This document shows, in pieces, positions 24,051-35,835 of a DNA stretch of 64,000 bases. The stretch comes from Hypanus sabinus (taxonomy: Eukaryota). The translations under genes were made by a program, and so were the position numbers. Below the pieces are notes generated by a model. It ran no database searches. It saw only the letters and a list, made by a program, of their open reading frames with translations, and was not told where the DNA came from. How positions within the stretch are numbered: the stretch's first letter is position 1; every line of letters starts with the position of its first letter. Location of the stretch: NCBI RefSeq assembly GCF_030144855.1, contig NC_082730.1:4030001-4094000 (forward strand). Reading direction: 5' to 3'.

Positions 24051-26505
24051 ACCAATTATTTCCCAAAGCAACAGGGAGCCGCAGCACAGACGTAAAAGAG
24101 CCACATGCGGCTCTGGAGCCGCGGGTTGCCGACCCCCGCTCTAGGGAGATGCCAATCGATATTTGGGAAATTAAAATCTCCCATCACGACAACTCTGTTA
24201 TTATTACACCTTTCCAGGATCTCTTTCCCTATCTGCTCCTCGATATCCCTGTTACTATTGGGCAGCCTATTAAAATAAAAACCAGTAACATTATTGACCC
24301 CATCTTGTTCCTAAACTGTACCCACAGAGATTTCATAAACAATCCCTCCATGGCGTCCATCTTTTCTGCAGCTGTGACACTATCTCTGATCAGCAGTTCC
24401 ATGCCCCCACCTCTTTTGCCTCTCTCCCTCTCCTTTCTGAAACATCCAAAACCCGGCACTTGAAGTAACCATTCCTATTCCGGAGTCATCCAAGTCTCTG
24501 TAATGGCCACCACATCATATCTCCAGGTACTGATCCATGCTCTAAGATCATCTGCTTTGTTCACAACACTCCTAGACACTAAAATAGACACATATCAAAC
24601 CTTCAGTCTGAACGTGTCCCTTCTCTAACACCTGCCTACTCTCCCTCTTGCACTGTCTACAAGCTGTCTCTATTTGTGAGTCAATCTCCTCTTCCCCAGT
24701 CTCTTCTGTTTGGTTTCCACCCCCCAACAATTCTAGTTTAAACTCTCCCCAGTATCCTTAGCAAACCTCCCCTCCAGGATATTAGTCCCCCTGGGATTCA
24801 AGTGCAACCCACTTTTTGTACAGGTCACACCTACCACAAAAGAGGTCCCAATGATCCAGAAATCTAAATCCCTGCTCCTTGCTCCAATCCCTCAGCCACG
24901 CATTTATCCTCCACCTCATTCTATCCCTATTTTTGCTGCTGTGTGGCACAGGCAGTAATTCCCAGATTACTACCTTTGCAGTCCTGCTTCTCAACTTCTT
25001 TTGTAACAACCTGTCGTCTTTTCTCAGGACCTCTTAACTTTTCTTACCTACGTCATTGTGTATGTCAATGTGTACCACGACCTCTGACTGTTCTCCCTCC
25101 CACTGCAGGATATCTTGGATGTGATCAGAACCATCCCAGACTCTGGCATCAAGGAGGCAAACTACCATCCAAGTTTCTTTCCTGCATCCACAGAGTCACC
25201 TGTCTGACCCACTAACTATAGAGTCCCCTATCACTCCTGCCTTCCTCATCCTTTCCCTACCCTTCTGAGCCACAGGGCCAGACTCTGTGCCAGAGGCACG
25301 GCCACTGCCATTTCCCCCAGGTAGGTTGGCCCCCCCCCCCAACAGTACTCAAACAGGAGTACTTATTGTCAAGGGGTACAGCCACAGGGGTACTCTCTAG
25401 TACCTGACTCTTTCCCTTCCCCTTCCTGACTGTGACCCACTTGTCTGGGTCCCGTGGCCCTGGTGTGACCAGCTGCCTATAATTCCTCTCTATCAGCTCT
25501 TCGCCCTCCTTGACTAGGCGAGGGTCATCGAGCTGCTTCTCCAGTTCCCTAACTCAGTCCCTCAGGAGCTGCAGCTCAACACACCTGGTGTGAATATGGC
25601 CGTCCAGGAAGCTGGGAGACTCCAGGACCCCCCACATCTGACACCAAGCACCGAAAACTGGGCTCACATACATACTACCTCCTTCCAGCAGTTATCACAG
25701 TTAAACCTACCCCGCCTCGACCTGTTACTGCCTAAGCCCATCGAGCTAAAGCCCTAGCACTCTGCTGCCTCTCACTCCGCTGCCCGCTGGATATGGCTGC
25801 CTTCTATTTAAACCTTTCACACTCTACTCGTTGACGTCACGTGCCTGCGCAGTCTTGCCTCTCTTTTAACCCGAGTAGTAAAAAACTCCCTTCGTTCCAA
25901 AAACTCAGCCGTTCACTCGCAGCCATCTTGCTCCGAATCAAGAAGGCCTGCTTCAAATCTGTCAACAATCTCTACAGTAGCTGTTTCAATCAAGACAGGG
26001 TTGTGTACACATTCTGTCTTGATTATGTTGAGGTCTGTGTTGTTCTGACACCATGACAAAAGCATCATGATCACTTTCCTGCAGAGTGAACTCACACATA
26101 TGACCTTCAGCAGTTTGTTTAGATTTAGTCAAGTTCAGTTTGTACTCCTCCTGCTTATTGAGATCCCTCTCTGTTTCCTTGTTGCACCTCTTCAGCCTTC
26201 CAGATTTCCCTGCATTGGGGTCCCCCTCCCAAACCAGTTTTATCAAATTTAAAGCTCAGTCTACCTCCCTTGTGATTGGATTCAGTCTGATCACAGTCTG
26301 TCCTAGTGGAACTGTACTCACCTTATCCAGTACTAATGCCAATCCCACAGGGACTAAAAGCCACAGCAGGGTCTGAGTAACTCCTCCCCGATCCCATTAA
26401 CTCTGTCATGATGTGCTTGTGGGTTGGGCAATAATACAAAGATTGAGACGTTTGTGGTCATGTTTGTGAATGTAACCCCGGTTGCTCAGTGTCTGGGGAG
26501 ATTTG

Positions 26506-29091
26506 ACACTCTGCGGCCATTTTGTTGATAACATCCTGTAACTAATAAATTGGCCACTAAGGGTGTGTTCGTGGTCTTCTGCTGCTGTTGCCCATCCACT
26601 TCAAGGTTCAAGGTGTTCTCAGAGATGATAAACTGGATGAGCTTAGAGCATGGATTGGGACAATTTGTTTTATGGGAAGGATGTAATACAGAAATGGAGG
26701 TTATTTAAAGGTGAATTTTTAAGGATATATAATCTTTATGTTCCTGTTACGTTGAAAGGAAAGGTTAAAAGTTTCAGAGAGCCATGGTTTTCAAGGGATA
26801 TTGGAAATTTGGTTAGAAAAAAGAGAGAGATCTACAATAAAGATAGGCAGCATGGAGTAAATGAGGTGCTTGAGGAATATAAAGAATGGAAAAGGAATCT
26901 TAAGAAAGAAATTAGAAAAGCTAAAAGAAGGTATGAGGATGCTTTGGCAAGTAAGGTGAAAATAAATCCAAAGGGTTCCTACAGTTATATTAATAGCAAA
27001 AGAATAGTGAGAGATAAAATTGGTCCATTAGAGAATCAGAGCGGACAGCTATGTGCGGAGCCAAAAGAGATGGGGAAGTTTTTGAACAATTTCTTTTCTT
27101 TGGAATTCACTAAGTAGAAGAATATTGAATTGTGTAAGCTAAGGGAAACAAGTAGGGCAGTTATGGAAACTATGATGATTCAAGAAGAGGAAGTACTGGT
27201 GCTTTTAAAGAATATGAAAGTGGATAAGTCTCCAGGTCCTGACAGGATATCCACAGGACCTTGAGGGAAGTTAGTGTAGAAATAGCAGGGGCTCTGACAG
27301 AAATATTTCAAATTTCATTAGAAATGGGGATGGTGCCAGAGGATTGGCACATTGTTCATGTGGTTCCATTGTTTAAAAAGGGTTCTAAGAGTAAACCTAG
27401 CAAGTAAGTTTTACATCAGTGGTGGGTAAATTAATGGAAATTATTCTTAGAGATGGTATATATAATTATCTGGATAGACAGGGTCTGATTAGAAACAGTC
27501 AACATGGATTTGTATGTGGAATGTCATGCTTGACAAATCTTATTGAATTTTTTGAAGAGGTTGCAAGGAAAGTTGACGAGGGTAAAGCAGTGGATGTTGT
27601 CTATATGGACTTCAGTAAGGCATTTGACAAGGTTCCGCACAGAAGGTTAGTTAGGAAAGTTCAATCGTTAGGTATTAATATTGAAGTAGTGGAATGGATT
27701 CAACAGTGGCTAGATGGGAGATGCCAGAGAGTAGTGGTGGATAACTATTTGTCAGGTTGGAGGCCAGTGACTAGTGGTGTGCCTCCGGGATCTGTATTGG
27801 TCCAATGTTGTTTGTCATATACATTAATGATCTGGATGATGGCGTGGTAAATTGGATTAGTAAATATGCAAATGATACTAAGATAGGTGGCATTGTGGAT
27901 AATGAAGTAGGTTTTCAACGCTTGCAGAGAGATTTAGGCCAGTTAGAAGAGTGGGCTGAACGATGGCAGATGGAATTTAATGCTGATAAGTGTGAGGTGC
28001 TTCATTTTGGTAGGACTAATCAAAATAGGACATACATGGAAAATGGTAAGCCTTTGAGGAATGCAGTAGAACAGTGTGATCTAGGAATAATGGTGCATAG
28101 TTCCCTGAAGGTGGAATCTCATGTGGATAGGGTGGTGAAGACAGCTTTTGGTATGCTGGCCTTTACAAACCAGAGCACTGAGTATAGGAGTTGGGATGTA
28201 ATGTTAAAATTGTACAAGGCATTGATGAGGCCACATTTGGAGTATTGTGTACAGTTCTGGTCGCTGAATTATAAGAAAGATGTCAACAAAATAGAGAGAG
28301 TACAGAGGAGATTTACTAGGATGTTACCTGGCTTTCAGCACCTAAGTTACAGAGAAAGGTTGAGCAAGTTAGGTCTTTATTTTTTGGAGTGTAGAAGGTT
28401 GGGGGGGGGGGAGTTGATAGAGGTATTTAAAATTATGAGGGGGATATATTGAGTTGACGTGGATTTTTCCATTGAGAGTAGGGGAGATTCAAACATGAGG
28501 ACATGAGTTGAGAGTTAAGGGGCAAAAGTTTAGGTGTAACACAAGGGGGAACTTCTTTACTCAGAGAGTGGTAGCTGTGTGGAACGAGCTTCCAGTAGAA
28601 GTGGTACAGGCAGGTTCGATATTGTCATTTAAAAAACAATTGGATAGGTATATGGACTGGAGCAGAATTGAGGGTTATGGGCTGAGTGCAGGTCAGTGGG
28701 ACTAGGTGATAGTAAGCGTTCGGAACGGGCTAGAAGTGCCGAGATGGCCTGTGTAATTTCTATGTGTAATTGTTATATGGTTATATGGTTATGTGCTCTT
28801 CGCCACAGCAATGTTGTAACGTGTGGTTATTTGAGGTACTGTCACTTTCCTGTCATCTTGAACCAGTCTGGCTATTTGCTGCTAGCCTCTCTTATAAACA
28901 AGGCACTTTTGCCCAAGGAAATGCAGCTCAATGTTGTTTTTTAGTTTTAATCACCTCCATCTGTAATATGTAGAGATCGATGTGGTGAAAATTCCAGATC
29001 AGCATTGAATTGTTTCCACCTGATGACTGACTTGATATTTGCATTAACAAGCAGATGTCCGGTTGTATCCAATAAAGTGAACATTGAGTGT
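26506..29091. mobile_element. Tc1/mariner-derived non-autonomous element split by a CR1 insertion
   Basis: Halves 26506-26627 and 28795-29091 join to match the uninterrupted paralogue at 59617-60133. Termini resemble acactcagtggccac / aataaagtggccactgagtgt. Confidence 0.7.
26628..28793 (+). mobile_element. 5'-truncated CR1 LINE (RT plus 3' UTR)
   Basis: ORFs 27419-27850 and 27805-28452 (VYMDFSKAFDKVPH, GVPPGSVL, INDLDDG...KYANDTKIGG). Tail ttatatggttatatggttat. Absent from the paralogous site near 59700. Confidence 0.9.
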
Positions 29092-30514
29092 GCTCCAGGC
29101 ACAGCCCTGCAGTGGATTCAGTGACCAGCATCTCAGTGTGGAGAAGCCATCCAAAGTGAGACACAGAGAGATACTGTAGGGAAACTGTACCTTCAAACCA
29201 CTGAGTCTACACTAACCATCAAACACCTGTTTACACTCATCCTACATTACCGGTGTCTGGTCCAGATGGCGTTCCTGGCCAAGTACTAAAGATCTGTGTG
29301 GTCCAACTAGCAGGAGTATTTAGCACTTTCTTCACTGTACAGCTGCACATGGCTGGAAATGTGGTTAGAACCAGAGATGTTGCCCCAAAGACATTCTGAT
29401 CCATTTTTAAAATCTCTCCGTCTCCATCATATGAGACTGGAGATAGAAGCACTCTGCAGTTCAGGACTCATTGTGGAATCAGAAAAGAGCCAACATTTCA
29501 GGTCAAAGACTCTTCATTAGGACAATGGAGAAGAAAAAACTAAAGGAAAAGTGGGTGTGGGGGTGTTGCTGATAGGGTGCCATGGGGATAAACTGGCTAC
29601 AAGATTATCTGGTCAATGGCTGATTGGAATCAGTTGGAACTGGGAGAACATGGACAAAAGGATATTGATCAGAATGTATAGACATCAACTATTGAACAGG
29701 AAGCCTGCTCTGGAAGGCCATGCTCCACTGCCACGTCTAGCTAGATGCCCTGACACCCTTCTTAAGCCAATCACCCCTAGTGGGGCAAAGGCTGTTGACA
29801 GCAGTTCACTAGAGACCTCTATCCATCTAAACAGGGAATTCTGACCGTCCAAGACAACAGAAACCTGCCCAGAAACTGTAGCATTGGACTGAAAACACTC
29901 TTTGCTCCAAGGTCTTATGAGGAGTGGCAGAGTTCTCAGAGACAGACTCAAACTGCGACTCCACACTCACCACCTCACACTGGAGATCCAGCCAACAGGA
30001 GAGGGTCGGACAGTGCAGTGTGTACAGGAGTAGCTGGTGGAAGGAACCCCTCTGGGGATGGGAGATGCTGCCTGTGGGACATTTCCCAGAGACGGAGCAA
30101 TTTGTGCTGAGCTAGCTCTGTAGGAGAGCTTGGGGACTCAGGTCCAGTGACAATTCAGTCTGAGTAGTGGTCACCTTGTGTCCGATCAGTCGACCTCCTG
30201 ACCCCTGCGCACACACAGTGAGGGTATCCCAGTGTCAGACCCCAAACCTCCATGAATATGTCTGTGACCACACCCGACCACTGATATCTAGCTGTGGGCT
30301 GAAACGTCATTTCTCAGGGCTGGGTGCAGAGAGTTTTGAGCCCTGATGAAGGGTCTCAGCATGAAACAAAAGGAACTTTGTGTTGTCTGTCTCACAGGGC
30401 TGGGAGCAACATGATGGGCCGAATGTCTTTTTCCAGTGTCTTTGATTTTCCCAAGTGTGATTCCACTTCCAATCACTGACCTCACCTATGGACTGTCTTG
30501 TCTTGTCTCCTCAG

Positions 30515-30838
30515 CTGGGACTGCGGTTCCCCCCACCAATGTGACCGGAACTCAGGGACACTCGGTCTCCTTACATCCTGGGATCCCAGTCGAACCGGAC
30601 ATTCCTGAGGTTGAGTGGAGTCGGGTATGGCCGAGAAACAGGATTGTGAAGTACTCGAATGGAAACATTAACTATTATGGTAATGGGCTGTACAAGAACA
30701 GGATAACCTTTCATCCTGGGAACGTCAGTCTGGAAATCCGTGACCTACGGAGAGAGGACTCTGGTGAATATGATGTGATTTATACAGCTACAAGTTCAGG
30801 AGATGAATATAAAACAAAAGTGCAACTGGAGGTGTACG
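30515..30838 (+). CDS. SLAM/CD2-family receptor gene 2, IgV exon
   Basis: Acceptor ttgtctcctcag|, donor TACG|gtaagt, 324 nt, phase 1-1. GTAVPPTNVTGTQGHSVSLHPG...VEW...YKNRITF...SLEIRDLRREDSGEY...VQLEVY is a V-set domain lacking the B-F disulfide, as in CD2/SLAM N-terminal domains. Confidence 0.92.
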
Positions 30839-32439
30839 GTAAGTGAGACCAGTCCCTGAAACACCCCTAATGGATGGGTGAGGGCAGATCCTGTGTGTTT
30901 CTCTGTTTACTGAACCCCACTGACTACCTGTGACTGGGGCTGGGCTCGCGGTCCCAGTGTAGTGAGTCTGGAGGATACACCCGCCACATCCACCGAGGCT
31001 GAGTCAGGAGCCGGGACGGATCGAACCAACAATGGGGAATCTCATGTGTCTGAGACTGAGGGAGCTCAACACGCAGGGAGGATGGACCTGGTGTGAATGG
31101 GCTGGACAGTCTGTATCTGTGGGTCACAGTTACACACTCTACCCGAGGTCAAAGGCCTGGTCTGTCATGTTCAGGGATCCCAGTTGTCCCATCTGTTTCC
31201 CAGGACACTGCTTGTTAATTGCCCAGACTGAGGTCTGAGCTCAGCAAGGTGTTAATTCCTCAGCCATTACTCCGTGCTGTGCTGAGTGAGACCCTGTGTG
31301 TTCATTACACTGAATATAGTGTCCCAGTGAGTGACACAGTACACAACCACACACTCACACACAACAATATGGTTCCTGACTCACTCTAACAGTAATATCA
31401 CATTCACAATAATCCCACTCAACAGGGTCTGGCTGAGAAACCTTCTCTCCTCTGTTTGGGCGCATTGTGTAGTTAAGGAATATCACAAATATTAATCTCA
31501 CCGGCAAACCATCTTCAGACATGAAGGTGGATTGTAGATTGAATTTAAAATGCTTCTCTGAGCAGTAGTTTTCTTGCAGTTGTAGGCTGGAGTTGATTGC
31601 AAACCAGACAATTCTGATTAACATTCATTTTGCGTAACTTGAATGTGGGTGTGAAGAAGGGGGTGTGTGAAAACTATATGTAAGTCAAAGGAAGCATTGT
31701 AGATACATTATAACTATACAATTATCCTGCATTTACCTTTGACCTTTGACAGTTAACAATATCATGTAATATTGGGTCGGGAGGCCGCTTCCTCCAAGAT
31801 TGTCTGAATATGATGCCTGCTGCTTATTCTTGTTGAATAAGACATTTCTATATCCACCAGCTTTGGTGTCTCTCTGGTGACTTCACATTACAACGTCTAC
31901 CATCCCAGTGTTAATGTTCACCATTTGCAGGAGGAGAACATCAGAACAGCTGGAGATGGGCCCTCGTCTGTACACTGGTCTCTACTGGGATAGTGTCAGA
32001 AGTCAGAATCAGAGTGGGAGCAGGATGGAGAATCAAAGTGACAGCTACTAGAACTTCTGAGTCAAAATGGTGCCTGAATTGAAACGTCTGTCAAGATGTT
32101 TCAGTGACACTGTGTCTGGTTTCTCAGTGGAGAGAGGGTCACCGTGTGAACACAAGGAGAGTTCACTGCATTGGGTGTATGCGTTAGTCTCAGTTTCTGC
32201 TTTTAGTGCCCTTCATGGAGGGAAGGGAAATGGTTTTGTGACACCTCCTCCTGTGGATGTCCATAAGGTGGTGTGGGTCATGGAGTGGTGGGAGTTGTGG
32301 GTGTGGGAGTAGAACCGAGCAAGTTGTTACTCAGGGAGGAAGTGATCAAAGTATGTAAGAAAGAGAGAAGGGAGTGGAATGTAAGTCTGAGGATAGTGTA
32401 AACTAAGTGGGTAATTTACTCAAAGGTATTCTAACGGAC

Positions 32440-33530
32440 CAGGTATAAGTAAAAATACTTGGATCGGGAGATAGTTGACATGTTTCTCTGTGTGGTAGGT
32501 TGTGTCTAGATTTTTGAGGAGGTTTGAGGAGCTGATGAAGGAAAAGCAATTAAATTTGTCTACATGGACTTTAATGTTTATTACCTTGGCATTCAGATTG
32601 AGTTTGCAAATTAGATTGGGCATCGGCTTTGCAAGTGATCTACAAGATGGTTGTCTCTCTGATTGGAGGACCATGATTAGTGATGTGTCCTTATTGTTTG
32701 TTATCTATATCAGCGATCTGGATGACAGCGTGGTTAACTGGATCATTAAATTTGAGGATGACACTGATTGGGTGTACGGTAAGGAAGACTATCAAAGCCT
32801 TTAGCGTGATCTGGACCAGCAGGAATAATGAGCCGAAAATTGGCAGTTTCAATTTGATGCAGACGAGTATAAAGCCTTGACCCTCGGGAAGTAAACCAGG
32901 GTGGAACTTAAATAATGACCAGTCAGGTACTGAAGAGTGTAGTAGAATAGAGAGATCTTGGAATACAGAACAATAAATTCTTGCAAGTGGTGTCACAGTC
33001 AGATAGGGTCATAAAAAATGCTTTTGGCACGTTGCCATTCATAAGTCAAAGGATTGAGTCCAGGAGTTGCAATGTTATGTTGAAATTTTATAAGAACTTG
33101 GAGAGGCCTAATTTGGAGTATTAGATTTTAGAGGGAGAATGTGAGAGTTGGATTAAAAAGTGAGTCCATAGATATGAAGCCTAGTGCAGCCGGAGCAGGA
33201 CAGACTCGGTGTCTGTTCATTTGGAGTATTTGTGCTATCTTGGTCACCTACGTTACCTGCGTACAGGAAAGGTATCAACTAGACTGGAAGAATGAAGAGT
33301 ATCAGGACTCGAGGACCTGAGTTATAGGGGAAGTTGGGGGAATTTCTTCACCCAGAGGGTGGAACAAGGTGCAGGTGGAAGTGTTGGAACCAGGTTCAAT
33401 TTCAATGTCTAACAGAAGTTTGGATAAATTTTGGGAGGAATGTGGAAGGCTTCGTCCAGATGTGGATCAGAGGGGCTAAGTATAGACTAGATGGACTGAA
33501 GGGCCATTTTAGCCACTGCAGTGCTCTGTG
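32440..33530 (+). mobile_element. Old CR1 RT/3' remnant in intron (paralogue at about 62620-63590)
   Basis: VYMDF..., YISDLDDSVVNWIIKFEDDT and the CR1 3' UTR. Present in both duplicated units, so it predates the duplication. Confidence 0.75.
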
Positions 33531-34151
33531 ATTCAATGCAGTCTCATTGAAAGGACCAGGAAGCATAGATGTTGATCCACTGAAGGTGGAGACCAGTGGG
33601 GTTGAAGGAAAGGGCCAGAGGAAACATCCTTGTTTTCGGTGGGAGAGGGTGTGAGCACAGAGACGTAAGCAATGGAACAGGTTCTCAGGGCCTCACACCT
33701 TCATCATAATCTGGGCAGGCAGAGTGGAGATTGAGAGATTGACAGAATAGAATGGGCTGTGTCTTGTGTTGGACCAGATTCAAGGCAGCTCAGAGCTGGG
33801 TCTCACTCAGTTTTAGGCTTTGAAGGGATGCAGGGACAACACAGAGGAGGAACAAAAGACATGGAAATGGAGAGAATTTCTGGAATAGAGCGCTATAAAG
33901 TGGACATGATGGAGAGTTTGTAGATGAGTGTGAGTTGTTTTTGGGAAAGAGGGTGTAGCACATGGGAACTTCGTTCATCAGTAGGTGACTGAACAAAAGG
34001 GTGAGGGAAGGTTTAAATCATTGGGTAAAAATGAGGTGGGATTGGTTTGAAGTTTACTCTGGACTGTTGGGGATGGGACAAGGGCGTTGAGGATCAAGCT
34101 GTCCACGATGATCTCTTTTACTCATCTTCTATCTCTCCCTCACGCCAACAG

Positions 34152-34439
34152 AGCCCGTGTCAGGAGCAAACATCATGGTTCAGAACATCACCGGAACCTG
34201 TAACCTCACCCTGACCTGCTCCGTGACCTCTGGCAACCCCACCAGCTTCAGTTGGTGGAGAAGGGGAGAAGTTACAGGAGACAACAGCAGCCATCACTTC
34301 TGGAGACACGGAGAGACGATACAGATTCATTGCACAGCAGAAATCGGGGATGTGGTGTACAGGTGTGAGGCCAGCAACCCCATCAGTGAGGACACTGCAC
34401 AGGTCCGGCTGGAGAACGTCTGTAATCTGGACATATGTA
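34152..34439 (+). CDS. SLAM/CD2-family receptor gene 2, IgC2 exon
   Basis: Acceptor ctcacgccaacag|, donor TGTA|gtgagt, 288 nt, phase 1-1. EPVSGANIMVQNITGTCNLTLTCSV...SFSW...YRCEASNPISEDTAQVRLENVC has the extra flanking cysteine pair (TCNLTLTC...VC) characteristic of SLAM-family C2 domains. Confidence 0.92.
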
Positions 34440-35710
34440 GTGAGTGTCAGAGAAAGCAGTTGGGATTTAGTTATCTCCATGTCCCAGGAGAGTGAGATGG
34501 GACAGCACAGAGGAACTTCAGTTTGTATCTATTCTGCACTCTGATATTGTCTGAGAGGATACTGTAGAGAACCATTCACTTTACAGGCAACCTTCATTTT
34601 TGGATTTTATCCTCAGGCCTCTGCTCATGTCTGTCAGCATCGCCTGGGTGAGGAAGTGAAGTGCAGTTTGCAGAAGGTCCACATTGAATCAACTGTGTAC
34701 TGTTCCTGGAAGGAGCGAATGATTAGATTGGAGGGAAGGATTATTTATGATGGCCGAGGCACCAAGTGGTCAGGGAGGTGGAGGCAGAGCTTGAGGAGAG
34801 GGATTACTGAGGGAGTGTGAGGGAGCTGGATTGAAATCAGTGGAAATAGAATCCATGGCACATGTGCTGGGGAAGAGGGTTTACTGAGAGTTTCCTTCTT
34901 GACAGAATTGGACTAATATTTGTGGAGATCTGGTCGATGATACAGGCCCCCAGCTGTGAGTGATTTTAGAGGGAGAATGTGAGAGTTGGATTAACCAGCG
35001 AGTCCATAGATACAAAGCCGAGTGCAGCCGGAGCAGGACAGACTCGGTGTCTGTTCATCACACAGTGGGACAAATCGTTTAGAAGTTTGCAGTCACAAAA
35101 CCCTGAGCATCTGGAGCTGGACACAGACTCAGCCTCAGCTGCTTGGGGAAGGGAGTGAAAATCACAGAGCAGTAATGGACTGTGCCAGGGAGCTGGATTA
35201 ACATCACTAGAGATACAGACAGTGACAAAGACATGAGGGGAGAGGGGTTGCAGAGGGATAATGTGAGGGAACAGAATTCAATCACTGGAGAAACAGTCAG
35301 TGGCGCTGGAGACTGAGGGAGAGGGGTGTCTTAGGAACTAGGTAAGTGAGATTGAATGACATCACTGGACATACATTTAGTGACTCAGGAAGTTTGTGGA
35401 GAGGAGGGATGAAGGGAAAACATGAAGAACTCAATCAGTGTCAGCAGGTACATTCAGTGATACACAGTGATGGGGAAGAGGGATTCCTGGTGAGAGTGTC
35501 GGGAAGTGGCGTCAACACGGTTTGGATATGGCCCAAGTGCGGAGTGAGAGGCACTGAGGCAGGTTGATAGTTCAGACTTTAATTTGAAAAAGGGAAAATT
35601 AAACAATAAATGGTAGGCCAAACAGCGCCTGTTAACTAAAACTCTCGAAAGGGAAACAAAGCCCACACTGCGGCTGAAAAGAATATCTGAACATTAAACG
35701 AATACCAAGT

Positions 35711-35835
35711 AACGCACATAAAATTCTGGTAGAACGCCACAGGCCAGGCAGCATCTATAGGAAGAAGTACAGTTCACACTTCAGGCCGAGACTCTTCGTC
35801 AGGACTAACAGAAAGAAGAGATAGTAAGAGATTTT
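35711..35835 (-). mobile_element. Penelope-derived short repeat with a decayed hammerhead motif
   Basis: Minus strand reads gtcctgacgaagagtctcggcctgaagtg. Shares caggccaggcagcatctatagg with 51836-52047. Confidence 0.6.

Larger units (their letters stand above)
22538..24138 (-). mobile_element. hAT (Charlie/Buster group) internally deleted DNA transposon
   Basis: TIRs caggggtcagcaacc (22538-22552) and ggttgccgacccccg (24124-24138). Perfect 8-bp TSD CTCTAGGG at 22530-22537 and 24139-24146. Transposase fragment WLSRGEVLKRFVACLEEVKTFL...FMVDMTAHLNTLNTALQ. Confidence 0.92.
20136..25940 (-). mobile_element. Near full-length CR1 LINE (esterase ORF1 plus APE-RT ORF2), degenerate, split by a hAT element
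   Basis: ORF1 SGNH-esterase-like (KVVIWELLPVP...INAWLRDW...FLDHWDLF). APE (MPGFGCFRKERE..., SDHNSVSF). RT (VYMDFSKAFDKVP, GVPQRSVLGPLLFVIFINDL, KFAEDTKVGG). 3' tail catagaaacatagaaaacc at 20136. Confidence 0.9.
18204..33950 (+). repeat. Segmental duplication unit A (paralogous to 53781-64000)
   Basis: Collinear near-identical blocks: 18204-19525 with 53781-54622 plus 59145-59616; 26506-26627 and 28795-31338 with 59617-62358; 32216-33950 with 62359-64000. Confidence 0.9.

Noticed and set aside
26322-26397. Minus-strand TLLWLLVPVGLALVLDK with a perfect AAG|GTGAGT donor
   Set aside because: The hydrophobic frame has TAA immediately upstream and no ATG, and the nearby ATG frame closes with a stop. 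No downstream minus-strand exons were found.
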